From positions 18,553 to 82,552 of the forward strand of contig CAZUDZ010000003.1 of NCBI GenBank assembly GCA_964618765.1: a stretch of DNA of 64,000 bases, read 5' to 3'. The first letter of the stretch is position 1, and every line of letters starts with the position of its first letter. The notes beneath the pieces are model-generated. The model was given only the letters and a program-made list of their open reading frames with translations, ran no database searches and had not been told where the DNA came from. Made by a program: the position numbers and the translations under genes. This DNA is from an uncultured Candidatus Saccharibacteria bacterium. GTDB lineage: Bacteria > Patescibacteriota > Dojkabacteria > SC72. This document shows positions 8,826-19,271 of the stretch, piece by piece.

Positions 8826-10241
8826 CTATTTTACTATCTTCTCTAATTCCTCAAATATTCTTACCATAGCTAATGTGTCTAGTTCACAATATCTTAGTAA
8901 ATTTTCTTCAATATCTTTTTCCTTATTATTTCTGAAAACCATATCATACCAACTAATCATAGCGGTAGCCCCCTCCTTTATCCCCATATCTTTGTATGAG
9001 AGATCATCCACTAAAACAGGTAGAACATTTTTAATTGAGTAGCTGCCTTTAAAGAGTGGATCATCGTACAGTTGATCTTGGAATATTCTCATCAAATCAA
9101 ATATTCTTTCGTTCATATTCTCAGAAAACTTTTTGTACTGGGATTCTACTAGTGCCATTTCTTTGTTTCTAGTAGCCTCGAAGCCTTTGTTCCAAACTAC
9201 TATGCTCCCTTTCTCTCCCACAATGTTTTTTAAAGAGGTTAGAAGAGTAGGGATGGGGTCACTTTCTTGGGTATGTAGATATTCATAATGTTCTAATTTT
9301 GAATCTTTATCTTTTTTAATATGTACAGAGTACTGAAAGGTAATATGGTAGAAGGGTTTGTATCCGTCAAATATGGGAATTGCGCAGTTAAATGTTTCGT
9401 AGTCTAGAAAATAGAGAGGGTATTTTAACTTGTTAAATCTCTCCGCTATGCCTTCTTTGTCAATATATGTTTTTTTAGATTGAGCTACATTAACCTGAAA
9501 TTTTTGTTTTTTAGTTAAGTTAAAGGTGTTGGGCACATCATATATGCTAAATATCTTCATATCCTCTAACTCTCTTACCTTGTTTTCGTTTCTTGAGATG
9601 TTATTAATGTCATATATCGAGTATTCCGGGAGGTTGGGATGGCAGAGTGAAAGGCAGGGACAAGTTTTAGGTCGTATGCAGGTTTGTATGTCTTTGTTTT
9701 GTTGAAGTTGGGACAGTAGAAGGGCTTCGTTTCTTTTGAGGAGGATTTCCTTTTCGAGCTTTTTTACATAGTTGTTTACATTTTGAGCAAGAAAGAGATC
9801 AGGCAAATATATTCGGCCATTTTTAACATATTCTTTGTTTAGGTGAAGGATGTAGGTGTCTCCAATATCATATTTTTCTTTAAATATGAGGTACTGGAAT
9901 GTGATGTCATATCTGTGTGTTACTTTAACTGTACTGGATGATTTAACTTCGTACATATCCCATTTGTTAGATTGGGGGTTGAGTATGAGTATGTCTGTTC
10001 TAGCTTGGAATTGTCCGTCTTGATGGGTCGGTTGAATAAGGAGGTGTTCTTCTCTGGCTTTGTATTTCTTAAGTAGATGCTCTTTTGCATACTGTACAGC
10101 TAATTGTTCTACTTGGTCTCCCTGCTCTAGTAGGTATTTAGTGTATTCATTTAACATACCTTTCTCTATCCTCCTATTTTTAGCTGCCCAGAGATGTAAG
10201 GGAGAGTCTAGGTATATGAGGAAGTCTGTTTTAGATATCAT
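8826..10241 (-). CDS. DUF2779-like protein (putative RecB/Cas4-like nuclease fold)
   Basis: N-terminus 'ISKTDFLIYLDSPLHLWAAKN' resembles the DUF2779 start (SKS.F..GLQCPK.LWL); central Cys cluster 'CIRPKTCPCLSLC'. Confidence 0.4.
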   Translation of the reverse strand: MISKTDFLIYLDSPLHLWAAKNRRIEKGMLNEYTKYLLEQGDQVEQLAVQYAKEHLLKKYKAREEHLLIQPTHQDGQFQARTDILILNPQSNKWDMYEVKSSSTVKVTHRYDITFQYLIFKEKYDIGDTYILHLNKEYVKNGRIYLPDLFLAQNVNNYVKKLEKEILLKRNEALLLSQLQQNKDIQTCIRPKTCPCLSLCHPNLPEYSIYDINNISRNENKVRELEDMKIFSIYDVPNTFNLTKKQKFQVNVAQSKKTYIDKEGIAERFNKLKYPLYFLDYETFNCAIPIFDGYKPFYHITFQYSVHIKKDKDSKLEHYEYLHTQESDPIPTLLTSLKNIVGEKGSIVVWNKGFEATRNKEMALVESQYKKFSENMNERIFDLMRIFQDQLYDDPLFKGSYSIKNVLPVLVDDLSYKDMGIKEGATAMISWYDMVFRNNKEKDIEENLLRYCELDTLAMVRIFEELEKIVK

Positions 10242-10312
10242 GGTACTGTATTATACTATGAAAATGGTCTTGTAATATGTAAAAAGATAGTAGTATAATA
10301 GCGGGTCTTTGT

Positions 10313-10385
10313 GGGGCGCTAGCTCATCCGGTAGAGCAACTGCCTTTTAAGCAGTAGGTGCTGGGTTCGAGTCCCAGGCGCCTCA
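10313..10385 (+). tRNA. tRNA-Lys(TTT)
   Basis: Acceptor GGGGCGC/GCGCCTC, anticodon stem ACTGC/GCAGT with loop CTTTTAA, T-arm CTGGG-TTCGAGT-CCCAG. Confidence 0.85.
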
Positions 10386-10460
10386 CATCCCAATCTATAT
10401 ATCCCCAAATCACCTAACTATCCCATAGTACACGGTACCTTTTTATGATATAATCCACGC

Positions 10461-11729
10461 ATGTTTAAGGATTTAGATGAGGTTTCTACAGAAAGTGAGA
10501 ATCAAAAAGAGATAGGATTTTCTTTAGAGAGATTCGAAGAAGTGTCTAGGGACTTTGATAGATTTACTAATGAACTAGTAAGTGAGTATGGCATAGATCC
10601 AGAGAATCTGGGGAGAACTTGGTCTGGAGGTAGGGAGGTAGACCTATGGGAGGTTAAAGCTAGATATATCATCTCAACATATGCGAATCTAGAGATAAGG
10701 GATCAGTTGTTAGCAAATAAAGAGCCTAAAATATTGGAAGTAGGTTCATACATGACAGGCTTAATCCCTGCAATGTATTTAGCCAGTAAAGGCTTTAAGC
10801 CAGAAGTTATGGACATATCCCCAGTAAAAAGACGGTTCCCCCAGTTATCACAAATTGCAGAGGAAAGATACGGTGTAATGATACATGAAAATGATATTCG
10901 TAAACTCCCAGAATCGTTTAAAGGTAGCTATGATATGGCATATGTTCAGAGTTTCGAGCCGTCTTTCTGTGATTACGAAAATGAAGTAGGAAAAGGAGTC
11001 TCTTTCGTATTAAGAGACAATGGTATATTCTCAGTCAATGATGGTGGCATGTTTGATATGTTCCGTCTGTTTGATCCAGAATTTACAGAAGAGATGAATT
11101 TTAAATGGAGATTTATTGCTGAAAAATTAGGTATTGGTGTATATGAGAATAAAGATTATCAAGGCACAAAAATAGCCATACTTCGGAAAAATAGTGAGTT
11201 AGAAAAAGCAATATTCTATTTTAAGAAAGATTTCGGAGAGTGTGGTTGGCCAATTGCTAGATACAATTTTGTGATTAGAAATTATTCTGGAAGGCGCAAT
11301 ATTGATTTCAAGAAGTTTACAAGAGGGCATATATATTCCCTAATGCTCTTTGATAATCATAAAGAACTCCCAGTGATGGATGAAGAAAACTTTAATATCT
11401 ACCAATTCAGAGGTTCTTGTGCTCTTCTGCAAGAGAAAACTCGTTGGGTTTATCATAGAATTGACTATCTACCAACAGAGATGTCTAATATTATACTGGA
11501 TTACAACCGTACCCTTAGATACTTTCCAACCCGTACACTTGAGGACTATATATCGCTCAGAGCTGGTTGGTTGTCGCAACTAAAGAATCCTATCAAGGAT
11601 TTAGTAGCTAGTAACGAGCAATACCAAGAGGAAATCTCCTATTATCAAGATATATGTAGAAAAGCTGAGGATGAGTGGATTGACTTTGTAGAAAAGATAA
11701 AGAGAGACGGTGGGACAATTAGGCGGTAG
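10461..11729 (+). CDS. Hypothetical protein, N-terminal class-I methyltransferase-like region
   Basis: Degenerate Gly-rich motif I 'ILEVGSYMTG', an acidic beta2 end 'EVMDISP' and motif IV-like 'YDMAYVQSF'; the ~250-aa C-terminal region is unrecognised. Confidence 0.3.
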   Translation: MFKDLDEVSTESENQKEIGFSLERFEEVSRDFDRFTNELVSEYGIDPENLGRTWSGGREVDLWEVKARYIISTYANLEIRDQLLANKEPKILEVGSYMTGLIPAMYLASKGFKPEVMDISPVKRRFPQLSQIAEERYGVMIHENDIRKLPESFKGSYDMAYVQSFEPSFCDYENEVGKGVSFVLRDNGIFSVNDGGMFDMFRLFDPEFTEEMNFKWRFIAEKLGIGVYENKDYQGTKIAILRKNSELEKAIFYFKKDFGECGWPIARYNFVIRNYSGRRNIDFKKFTRGHIYSLMLFDNHKELPVMDEENFNIYQFRGSCALLQEKTRWVYHRIDYLPTEMSNIILDYNRTLRYFPTRTLEDYISLRAGWLSQLKNPIKDLVASNEQYQEEISYYQDICRKAEDEWIDFVEKIKRDGGTIRR

Positions 11730-11832
11730 CTGGTTGTCTCTAGGATTATTTTAGTTTCTTCTTTCTTTTTTACAAATAGATAAAGTTTTATGTATGTAGT
11801 ACACTTAAATATTAATATGTAAACTTACATCT

Positions 11833-12213
11833 ATGAAAAAATATTTTCTTTTAATTCTGATAGTTCTCTTTTTATCTCTATCATTTTTCATCTCTGGACC
11901 TTTTTCGCTATTTCCTCCAGGTTGTAGAAATTCAGGTGGGGAGTTAGGAGGTTGCTTTGGAAACCAATCTATGGGGATTTTAGCAAAATTTAACTTTTCA
12001 TCCTGTTTGAGTTTTGGTATAAATAATTGTGCTGAGCCGTCCCTTGTAATAAATAACAGTTGTGGCTATCCAGTTACTGTAAACGATATGGAAGAGTCAG
12101 CATCTTCATATATATCCTTGGATGTGCCACAGGGTTTGAATTTTTTAAAAGGTTCTGTAAAAGACTCTCCTTTTCTTGTTGTTCTTTTTGTATCACCACC
12201 CGTATGTCGCTAA
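11833..12213 (+). CDS. Hypothetical secreted cysteine-rich small protein
   Basis: Signal peptide MKKYFLLILIVLFLSLSFF followed by about 8 Cys in ~100 aa. Confidence 0.35.
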   Translation: MKKYFLLILIVLFLSLSFFISGPFSLFPPGCRNSGGELGGCFGNQSMGILAKFNFSSCLSFGINNCAEPSLVINNSCGYPVTVNDMEESASSYISLDVPQGLNFLKGSVKDSPFLVVLFVSPPVCR

Positions 12214-12302
12214 TGTTATAGCAGAAAACTTAACTATTTACTTAAAACCTTACTTACAAACACCCTTAATATCCTAGCAGTATAGTAAAAGTATCACTAA
12301 AT

Positions 12303-12737
12303 ATGATATACTTAAACATGACAGAAAAAGATTTCCAAACTGAAGAAGCAACAGAGAATGTCTCAACATACTGGGATGATGCTTGTTCTCTGTTAAATGA
12401 TGATGATTTCCGTTTAGTAAATAGGGGTATGACATACCTTCTATGTAGAATGTCCTCTAAATTACTAGAAGAGAAACCAGAGATTTACAATGAAGGGCTA
12501 AATCTTACTTTAGATAAACTAGAGCATGATAATTATACAGTGAGATACTGTGCAGTATCTGTCTTAGCTAATGTATTAGAACAGACAGAAAATAGTATAG
12601 AACATCAGGAAATATTTAATAGAGTTGGATTGGCTATTAAGAAAAGTACTCATGATCCTAAAAAGACAGTTAGAGTAACAGCTAAAGCTGTTAATTGGAA
12701 ATACCTTAAGGGGAAGAAATTACCTAAGAAGATCTAG
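12303..12737 (+). CDS. Hypothetical protein (HEAT/armadillo-like helical)
   Basis: Helical repeats such as 'YTVRYCAVSVLANVLEQ'; no specific family. Confidence 0.3.
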   Translation: MIYLNMTEKDFQTEEATENVSTYWDDACSLLNDDDFRLVNRGMTYLLCRMSSKLLEEKPEIYNEGLNLTLDKLEHDNYTVRYCAVSVLANVLEQTENSIEHQEIFNRVGLAIKKSTHDPKKTVRVTAKAVNWKYLKGKKLPKKI

Positions 12738-13883
12738 CTCTCCACCTAATCTCCAGTATGATACTCCTGCTATAGCATACTTTTCAGCTATATCCTTTCT
12801 CATCTGTATACCTTTAGGAGTTTGGAAATATGTTTTACATGTAAAACCATTATCACAACTAAACTGAGCATACCCCTCTCCAATATCCTCTTTAAATATA
12901 TCCTTAATATTCTCATTCTTTACAATACTACTTAGAGCTGTAGTATATGTAAACGCTACTGTTCTGTCACTAGACCATTGATACCCGTACAAATGTATAC
13001 CCAGCCATACCTTTTCCTTAGGAATGTACTTTGTGGCATACTTTAAAACATCCTCTATCCAATTAACAGGCCCTATGGGTCCAGCACTCTTTGAGTTTTG
13101 TAATGTATAGTCATATGCCATAATTCTAACCTCATCGGCATATCTCCCAATCTCTTTGTAATCCTGTACAACCCTTGTGTCTTGATGATCCTTGTATACA
13201 GCGTTCTCCCATTGTGGAAAGAGAGTTACAGAAAGAATTAACTTCTTTTTTCCTAACTCTGTACTTAAATCTTTAAGAAAATTTAAGAAGTTTTCTTTGT
13301 ATTCTGAATTAATCATTTCATAATCCAAATCTATGCCATCAAACCCATATTTCTCTACCTCATCAATGATTATATCTATCTGTTTACTGTAAGAGCTACT
13401 AGTAGCAAAAGCTGAACTTGTTGCATCAATATCGTATGAACCTACAGTAGGAATGACTCTAATACTATTCTCTCTGCAGTATTTTAGAAGGTTTCTAATC
13501 TTTGCTTCAGGAACAGCTCTAGACAGTATCTGACCTTCTTTGCCTACTGTGTAAAGTACAGGCATAATGGTATCTATACGACCCTTGTTGTATTCTAAAC
13601 TCTCATATCCTAAATCAAAACCCCAATCAGGAATCCACCCCGATTCTTTTAAAATTAATTCTTCCTCCTCGACATTTAATTCCTCATCTTCTGTTTCCTC
13701 TCCCTTTGGCAAATCAGTATCGTTATTCTTCTCGGCTTCATACTCTTGAAGCTGGTTGGATATATCAGTACGGATACTTTCTTCGGAGGAAGTTCTGTTT
13801 AGAAAGAGTAGGGTAAGGGAGGAGAGAATTATTAGGATACTAAATGCTAACCCAATTATTGAAATAATTCTTAGAGATTTCAT
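12720..13883 (-). CDS. Glycoside hydrolase family 18 (chitinase-like), membrane-anchored
   Basis: GH18 catalytic DxxDxDxE motif in 'GFDGIDLDYE'; N-terminal TM anchor. Confidence 0.7.
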   Translation of the reverse strand: MKSLRIISIIGLAFSILIILSSLTLLFLNRTSSEESIRTDISNQLQEYEAEKNNDTDLPKGEETEDEELNVEEEELILKESGWIPDWGFDLGYESLEYNKGRIDTIMPVLYTVGKEGQILSRAVPEAKIRNLLKYCRENSIRVIPTVGSYDIDATSSAFATSSSYSKQIDIIIDEVEKYGFDGIDLDYEMINSEYKENFLNFLKDLSTELGKKKLILSVTLFPQWENAVYKDHQDTRVVQDYKEIGRYADEVRIMAYDYTLQNSKSAGPIGPVNWIEDVLKYATKYIPKEKVWLGIHLYGYQWSSDRTVAFTYTTALSSIVKNENIKDIFKEDIGEGYAQFSCDNGFTCKTYFQTPKGIQMRKDIAEKYAIAGVSYWRLGGELDLLR

Positions 13884-13896
13884 ACCCTATTATATA

Positions 13897-14820
13897 TTAC
13901 AATGAAATTCGTTTTTCAAAGTCAGTAAAAAGTGTGTCATATGGGAAGTTTCTGTATTGCTCTTTACTTAAATATATATCATATGGATCTCTGTTTAATA
14001 TTTTCCTACCTGTTTTAAAATTTCTAGCAGCCTCTTCAAAGTGAAGGTGTATCTCATCCCATGTGTTAAATTTTCTAACTTTAGCTCTTTGACAATTCTC
14101 CCAGTACTTTAGTCTTCCATGTATTAATCCAGAGGTCCCTGCATATCCAATGATATCTCCTTGGTTTACCCATTTAACATATTTACTACCCTGTTTTAGT
14201 AATTCTTTTAATTGTTCTGGTGTATATGTGTAAGCTTCTTTTCTGTTAATGTCATCAGAGAAAGAAAATCCATACAGTTTTCTAATCCATGGGTACTTCC
14301 ATGCTAATTTTCTTGTTTCCTTAATTATCTCCTCTAATTGAGATTTACTCTTCCTGTATCTTCTTCTCTCGCTATTTTTTCTGATGATTTCTCTCCTGTA
14401 ATTTATCTTTAAGGGTTTGTGAATTCTAGCATATATCCCCTCCCCAAACTTACTAAGATGTCCGTACTGTGTGATTCTTCCTCCCTTTACCCTAGATATT
14501 CTGTAAGGATGATATATTTGAACAAAATATCCTAATCCAGTAGAGAACGGTTTGCCTTCATACAGTTTGGGAGTCTTATCCTCATTTAAAATTGTAAATC
14601 TATGATACCCTGCTACGGCATAACCACTAGCAGCTGCATGTACAGGAGTTCTCCATTGGCATGCGTAATCTATACCCTTGTGGAAGTAGAATCCGTGAAC
14701 ATCTCTTTCGTCTTTTGTATAGAGGAAAGCTTCTGTAATATTTGCGTTCTCTTTTAAGGGGTGTATCAGGTATTTGTGGTTTTTAATATCTGGGGCATAT
14801 CGTTGTTTGATAGTGGCCAT
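13897..14820 (-). CDS. M23-family metallopeptidase (LytM-like)
   Basis: HxxxD motif 'HKGIDYA' and a downstream 'IHLHFEE' HxH motif; no obvious signal peptide. Confidence 0.6.
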   Translation of the reverse strand: MATIKQRYAPDIKNHKYLIHPLKENANITEAFLYTKDERDVHGFYFHKGIDYACQWRTPVHAAASGYAVAGYHRFTILNEDKTPKLYEGKPFSTGLGYFVQIYHPYRISRVKGGRITQYGHLSKFGEGIYARIHKPLKINYRREIIRKNSERRRYRKSKSQLEEIIKETRKLAWKYPWIRKLYGFSFSDDINRKEAYTYTPEQLKELLKQGSKYVKWVNQGDIIGYAGTSGLIHGRLKYWENCQRAKVRKFNTWDEIHLHFEEAARNFKTGRKILNRDPYDIYLSKEQYRNFPYDTLFTDFEKRISL

Positions 14821-14847
14821 ATATTCTATTATACCGTATATCCCAAC

Positions 14848-16287
14848 CTATATCTTTAAAGGTAATCTCCCGATCTCTTTCTCTAGTGCGTATGCAATAT
14901 TTAATACGGTCTGTTCATCAAAGTATCTTCCTATGAACTGTATACCTGTAGGCATGTCATCACTTAATCCTGATGGTATAGTTATACTCGGAAGCCCTGC
15001 CTCTGAGCTTGCCTCTGCTAATACATCTGCTAGTTCTCCAAAGAGAGGGTCTTGAGCATCTTCCTCCTTCAAAGCTATGGATGGAGTACTTGGTGCTACA
15101 ATTGCGTCATATTTTTTAAGTATACCATCAATATTCTGTTTGATTAACTGTCTTACCTGTTCAGACTTCTTGAAATACTCATCAGCATAGCCTGCAGAGA
15201 GAGAAAATGTCCCGGTCATGATCCTTCTCTTGTTTTCTTCTCCGAAGCCTTCTCCTCTTGTGGAATTGTAGAGTTCAACTATTGTATTATTCCTACTACC
15301 CTCGTACCCGTACCTGGTTCCATCATATCTTGCTAAGTTAGAGGAGACCTCACTTCTGCAGGTTATGGTGTATACAGCTATTCCATACTTGGGGTCTAGG
15401 ATATTTACCTGCTCTACTTTGGCTCCCAATTTCTTTAGTTCTTCTACGGCTTGTAAGAAATTTTTCCTTACTCCCTCTTCTAGCTCAAGTTCTAAATACT
15501 CTTTGGGAAGAGCTAGCTTCATTCCTTTGATGGCTGTTGGGTCTAAATTTTTGTAATAGTTAAGTACCTCTGTTTTAGAAGTAGTAAAGTCATTTTTGTC
15601 ATAGCCAGCAACTATTTCAAGTAAATACGCAGCATCTTCTACGCTTTTTGTTAATGGACCGGGACTGTCTAGGGAAGAACCCATTGCGAGAACTCCATAT
15701 CTAGACACTCTTCCATATGTTGGTTTAAGACCTACTACTCCACACCAAGAAGCAGGTAATCTTATTGAGCCTGCGGTCTCTGTCCCTATACTTGCTGTAC
15801 ATAAGTCTGCTGCTAGTGCAGAAGCTGAGCCGCCACTGGATCCTCCTGGAAGTCTCTGTGTATCCCACGGGTTTCTAGATGGTCCGTAATATGATGTGAC
15901 TGTACCAGAGCCGTGGCAGAATTGGTCTAGGTTAGTTTTGCCAATGAGGATTGTTCCTTCATCAAGTAACTTTCTGATGACAGTAGCATCGTATGTAGGT
16001 ATGTATCCCTTCAATATCTTAGAAGCTGCCGTTGTGGGAATATTCTTAGTTGAGAAGATATCTTTAACTGAAATGGGTATACCTGTTAATTTGGTTTCTT
16101 TCAATTTCTCAAAGTTGTTATCCAACACTCTGGCTTTTTTAAGAGATTCCTCTTCGCACAGTGTAATATATGTGTTTAGTTTAGGATCTAGTTTCTTAAT
16201 TCTCTCTATGTAGTATTTTACTATCTCCTCTGACGAGATTTCTTTTTTTAATAGGCTCTTTCTTAATTGAGTAATTGTTAGATTCAT
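14848..16287 (-). CDS. gatA: Glu-tRNA(Gln) amidotransferase subunit A
   Basis: Amidase signature 'GGSSGGSASALAA' plus Ser-cisSer-Lys context. Confidence 0.9.
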   Translation of the reverse strand: MNLTITQLRKSLLKKEISSEEIVKYYIERIKKLDPKLNTYITLCEEESLKKARVLDNNFEKLKETKLTGIPISVKDIFSTKNIPTTAASKILKGYIPTYDATVIRKLLDEGTILIGKTNLDQFCHGSGTVTSYYGPSRNPWDTQRLPGGSSGGSASALAADLCTASIGTETAGSIRLPASWCGVVGLKPTYGRVSRYGVLAMGSSLDSPGPLTKSVEDAAYLLEIVAGYDKNDFTTSKTEVLNYYKNLDPTAIKGMKLALPKEYLELELEEGVRKNFLQAVEELKKLGAKVEQVNILDPKYGIAVYTITCRSEVSSNLARYDGTRYGYEGSRNNTIVELYNSTRGEGFGEENKRRIMTGTFSLSAGYADEYFKKSEQVRQLIKQNIDGILKKYDAIVAPSTPSIALKEEDAQDPLFGELADVLAEASSEAGLPSITIPSGLSDDMPTGIQFIGRYFDEQTVLNIAYALEKEIGRLPLKI

Positions 16288-16302
16288 AACAACAGTATTC
16301 TA

Positions 16303-16872
16303 TCAAAAAGACCAATAAATAAAAATGGAAATGGAAAGAGGAATTAAAACCCCCAATATCACTTGGGTCACTGTATGTTTCTTTAAAACTACTCTAGACC
16401 ACCCTATGAATGGTGTAAAAAGGAATAGGAGAAGAAGAAGAGGTGTAGTAGGGAAAATATATATTAAGGTAGTAAAAAGTATTGTTGAGTATGTCATGTG
16501 GCCAGATATTTTCCAGTAGAATGTAATCATTGTAACTACGGATGATACTAGGAATATATTTAAGGAAATTCTCGTTAACATTTCTTGGTTAAGTATAGTG
16601 ACTAGAAAGAAGAGTATACCCATGAGTATGGATATGATAGTAAAGTAGGGAGGTCTTTCTTCTCTGTTGGTTAACTCATAGTCGGATATGAGGCCTTTTC
16701 TTTTAAGTAGAAGGTAGGGGAGGATAGGGGCGAGTGTGTATGCAAGAGAGTAAATTACTTTGTTACTAATACTTAATGGGGATGTCAGAATGGAAACTAA
16801 AGGAGTAAGAATCATTGTAAGAAAGCCGTTGAATATCTCAGAAATTATTCTTGCTATTTTTGTTTTGGGCAT
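16303..16872 (-). CDS. PAP2-like membrane phosphatase (putative)
   Basis: Polytopic membrane protein with 'ERP', 'SGH' and 'SRVVLKKH' fitting KxxxxxxRP / PSGH / SRxxxxxH phosphatase motifs. Confidence 0.4.
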   Translation of the reverse strand: MPKTKIARIISEIFNGFLTMILTPLVSILTSPLSISNKVIYSLAYTLAPILPYLLLKRKGLISDYELTNREERPPYFTIISILMGILFFLVTILNQEMLTRISLNIFLVSSVVTMITFYWKISGHMTYSTILFTTLIYIFPTTPLLLLLFLFTPFIGWSRVVLKKHTVTQVILGVLIPLSISIFIYWSF

Positions 16873-16945
16873 TATTTATTCTAGCTTAAAAGATATAATT
16901 GTTCTACTGTACTCTTTAAGAAGAGAGATTGCATATGGAGTAGTT

Positions 16946-19162
16946 TTACTTAATTCTAAATTGTTTTGACATATTGTCGTTCTTTTTAATAACAACAAAG
17001 ACTCTATGTAATGCTCTTGTAATTCCTACATACAACAACCTAATATCAAGTTCATTATCTTGGTAGTAGTCACTGTTTAAATCTGCAAATATTACAGTAT
17101 CAAACTCTAACCCTTTTGCATTTTCGATAGGGAGGATTAATAGGCCACTCTTGTAGTCATTCTCTTTGTAACTAATGACCGATCTATCTATGGTATCCTC
17201 ATACTCCTTAAATATACTGTAAAGAGTATCTGCATGCTCTCTGTTTCTACAAAGGAGTGCGCAAGTAACAGCTCCTTTGCTAAATTGTTCCTTCACTATA
17301 TTAACTAATTCCTCAATTTCATTGCTTCTAAGGTTCTTAATGTCAGTATCAAACTCCAATATCTTTACATCATCTCCATGTCTCAAGACAGCCTCTGGGA
17401 GTTTGTAAGTGCTAGGGAATTTATCTTTAAATATCTTGTTAGCAAATTCAACTATTTCTACAGTGGTTCTGTAACACTTCTGTAATTGGTAGTACTTAGT
17501 ATCTTTGCCCGTAATATCTTTTAATAGTTTAATCACATAATCCCAATCTCTAATGTAGAAAGGGGCTATGATGGACTGTGCTAAATCTCCTGCTATTGTA
17601 ATATTTCCCTTCTTAGCAACCTTTATTATTGTAGCAAGTTGAACAAAGCTCATATCTTGAGCTTCATCTATTACAATGTAATCCCTCTCGTACTGTTTTG
17701 TCCCATTAATTTTAAGGTGTAGATATGCCATCCCAGCTAGATCTTCCATTCTGTAGTGTCGGATACTCTTTCTTTGATTTAATCCTGCTAATGTATATTT
17801 AGAGATATCCTTGTTTACCAAATCACTCTTAAAAAGGTTTCTGTAGAGAGAATAAACATTACAATTTCTCCTGAAGTATGCAGAAATATTTCTCTTCAAT
17901 TCAATATCAGAGTCATTTGTAGAATCATAGAAACCTGTGTTGCCCTGTTTAAACTGCTTGCGTGCAAAAGCATACTCTGTTGCTAACTCTAATCGCTCAA
18001 CCATCTCGATATCTCCGAAACTTTCTTTTAATTCATAGTATCTTTTCTCAATGATATCTTTCCTGGAATATGGGATGTTTTCTAAAAGTTTCTTTTCAAA
18101 TCTTTCAAAGTACTTCTCTAAAAGAGACAGGAATTGTAATGATCCCTTGTACTCTTTGACTTCTAACTCTTCTCTTTGATTAGATATGATATATCTGTCG
18201 TCCCAACCTAATATGCTTTTTGCCCAGAAAAGGTATGTTTCTGTATCCACTTTGGATACTCCTAGATTAGGAAGAACATCGGAGACATAATCTATGAACA
18301 TTTGGTTAGGAGCAATGATTAAGGTGTTTCTCTCATTAATCTCTTGCTTATATGTGTACAAGAGATATGCTAGTCTGTGCAGTAGTATTGTAGTTTTCCC
18401 ACTCCCTGCCACTCCCTGTATTAGGACGGGTGTTCTGATGGTGTCTCTAATAATGCTGTTTTGTAATGCTTGAATTGTAGAAACGATATCCTGTAATTTC
18501 TTTCCAAGTCTCTCATCAAGTTGGGCAAGAAGGAATTCATCTGCTGCCACATTACCTGATTTCGCGTCATATATGCCTTTTATCCTGGCTCTCGAAATTT
18601 GGAATTGTCTTTTCTGTTTGAGATTCCCCTCTCTTTCTCCAACTGGTGTTTTAAAAGAGACATCTTCTGTAGGTCCACTGTTTTCATAGTAGAGGTTTGC
18701 TACTGGGGATCTCCAATCTGTAATTAATGGAATATGTGACTGCTCATCTATGAGGGCAAATTTTCCTATGTAAAGATCTAGTAGTTTGTTATCCCTAGAT
18801 TCTTTAGGTTCAAACCTTATCTTCCCAAAGTAGGGTGAATCCAGTACGATTAATTCATTGTTTATCCTTTCTAAAAGCTCTCTGATTTTTTCAAGAATTT
18901 GGTTGTAGATCTTCTTGGCATCAGCTCTTTCATCTAAGTCACTTTCTGTGTCTATGAGGGATATCTGATGTTCTAGTTCTTTTTCTAAGTTAGTAAGTCT
19001 TGGGAGAAGCTTTTTAATTAAGTCTCTTTTTAATTCAGTAATCTTCTGTAAATTAGGGTACTCTTCTTTCTCAAGCAAAGAGAGGTCTGTAAGGTCTGAA
19101 AAATCAGCAACATTATCTATATCCTTGTACAAAGGATTTAGGTACTTTTTAAACGTTTGCAT
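16946..19162 (-). CDS. UvrD/HelD-like superfamily 1 DNA helicase
   Basis: Walker A 'GVAGSGKTTILLHR', motif II 'VIDEAQD', C-terminal 'LLYVGITRA'; the N-terminal extension is HelD-like. Confidence 0.7.
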   Translation of the reverse strand: MQTFKKYLNPLYKDIDNVADFSDLTDLSLLEKEEYPNLQKITELKRDLIKKLLPRLTNLEKELEHQISLIDTESDLDERADAKKIYNQILEKIRELLERINNELIVLDSPYFGKIRFEPKESRDNKLLDLYIGKFALIDEQSHIPLITDWRSPVANLYYENSGPTEDVSFKTPVGEREGNLKQKRQFQISRARIKGIYDAKSGNVAADEFLLAQLDERLGKKLQDIVSTIQALQNSIIRDTIRTPVLIQGVAGSGKTTILLHRLAYLLYTYKQEINERNTLIIAPNQMFIDYVSDVLPNLGVSKVDTETYLFWAKSILGWDDRYIISNQREELEVKEYKGSLQFLSLLEKYFERFEKKLLENIPYSRKDIIEKRYYELKESFGDIEMVERLELATEYAFARKQFKQGNTGFYDSTNDSDIELKRNISAYFRRNCNVYSLYRNLFKSDLVNKDISKYTLAGLNQRKSIRHYRMEDLAGMAYLHLKINGTKQYERDYIVIDEAQDMSFVQLATIIKVAKKGNITIAGDLAQSIIAPFYIRDWDYVIKLLKDITGKDTKYYQLQKCYRTTVEIVEFANKIFKDKFPSTYKLPEAVLRHGDDVKILEFDTDIKNLRSNEIEELVNIVKEQFSKGAVTCALLCRNREHADTLYSIFKEYEDTIDRSVISYKENDYKSGLLILPIENAKGLEFDTVIFADLNSDYYQDNELDIRLLYVGITRALHRVFVVIKKNDNMSKQFRIK

Positions 19163-19271
19163 GATTAGTTGTGAGGCTTTGAAGTTACAAGTAGCGAGTA
19201 TATATTAAAAAGGGCAAAAACTCAAGGGTAAGAGCTTTAAGAGAGAGTTTTAAAATGGTATATTATGGTAT

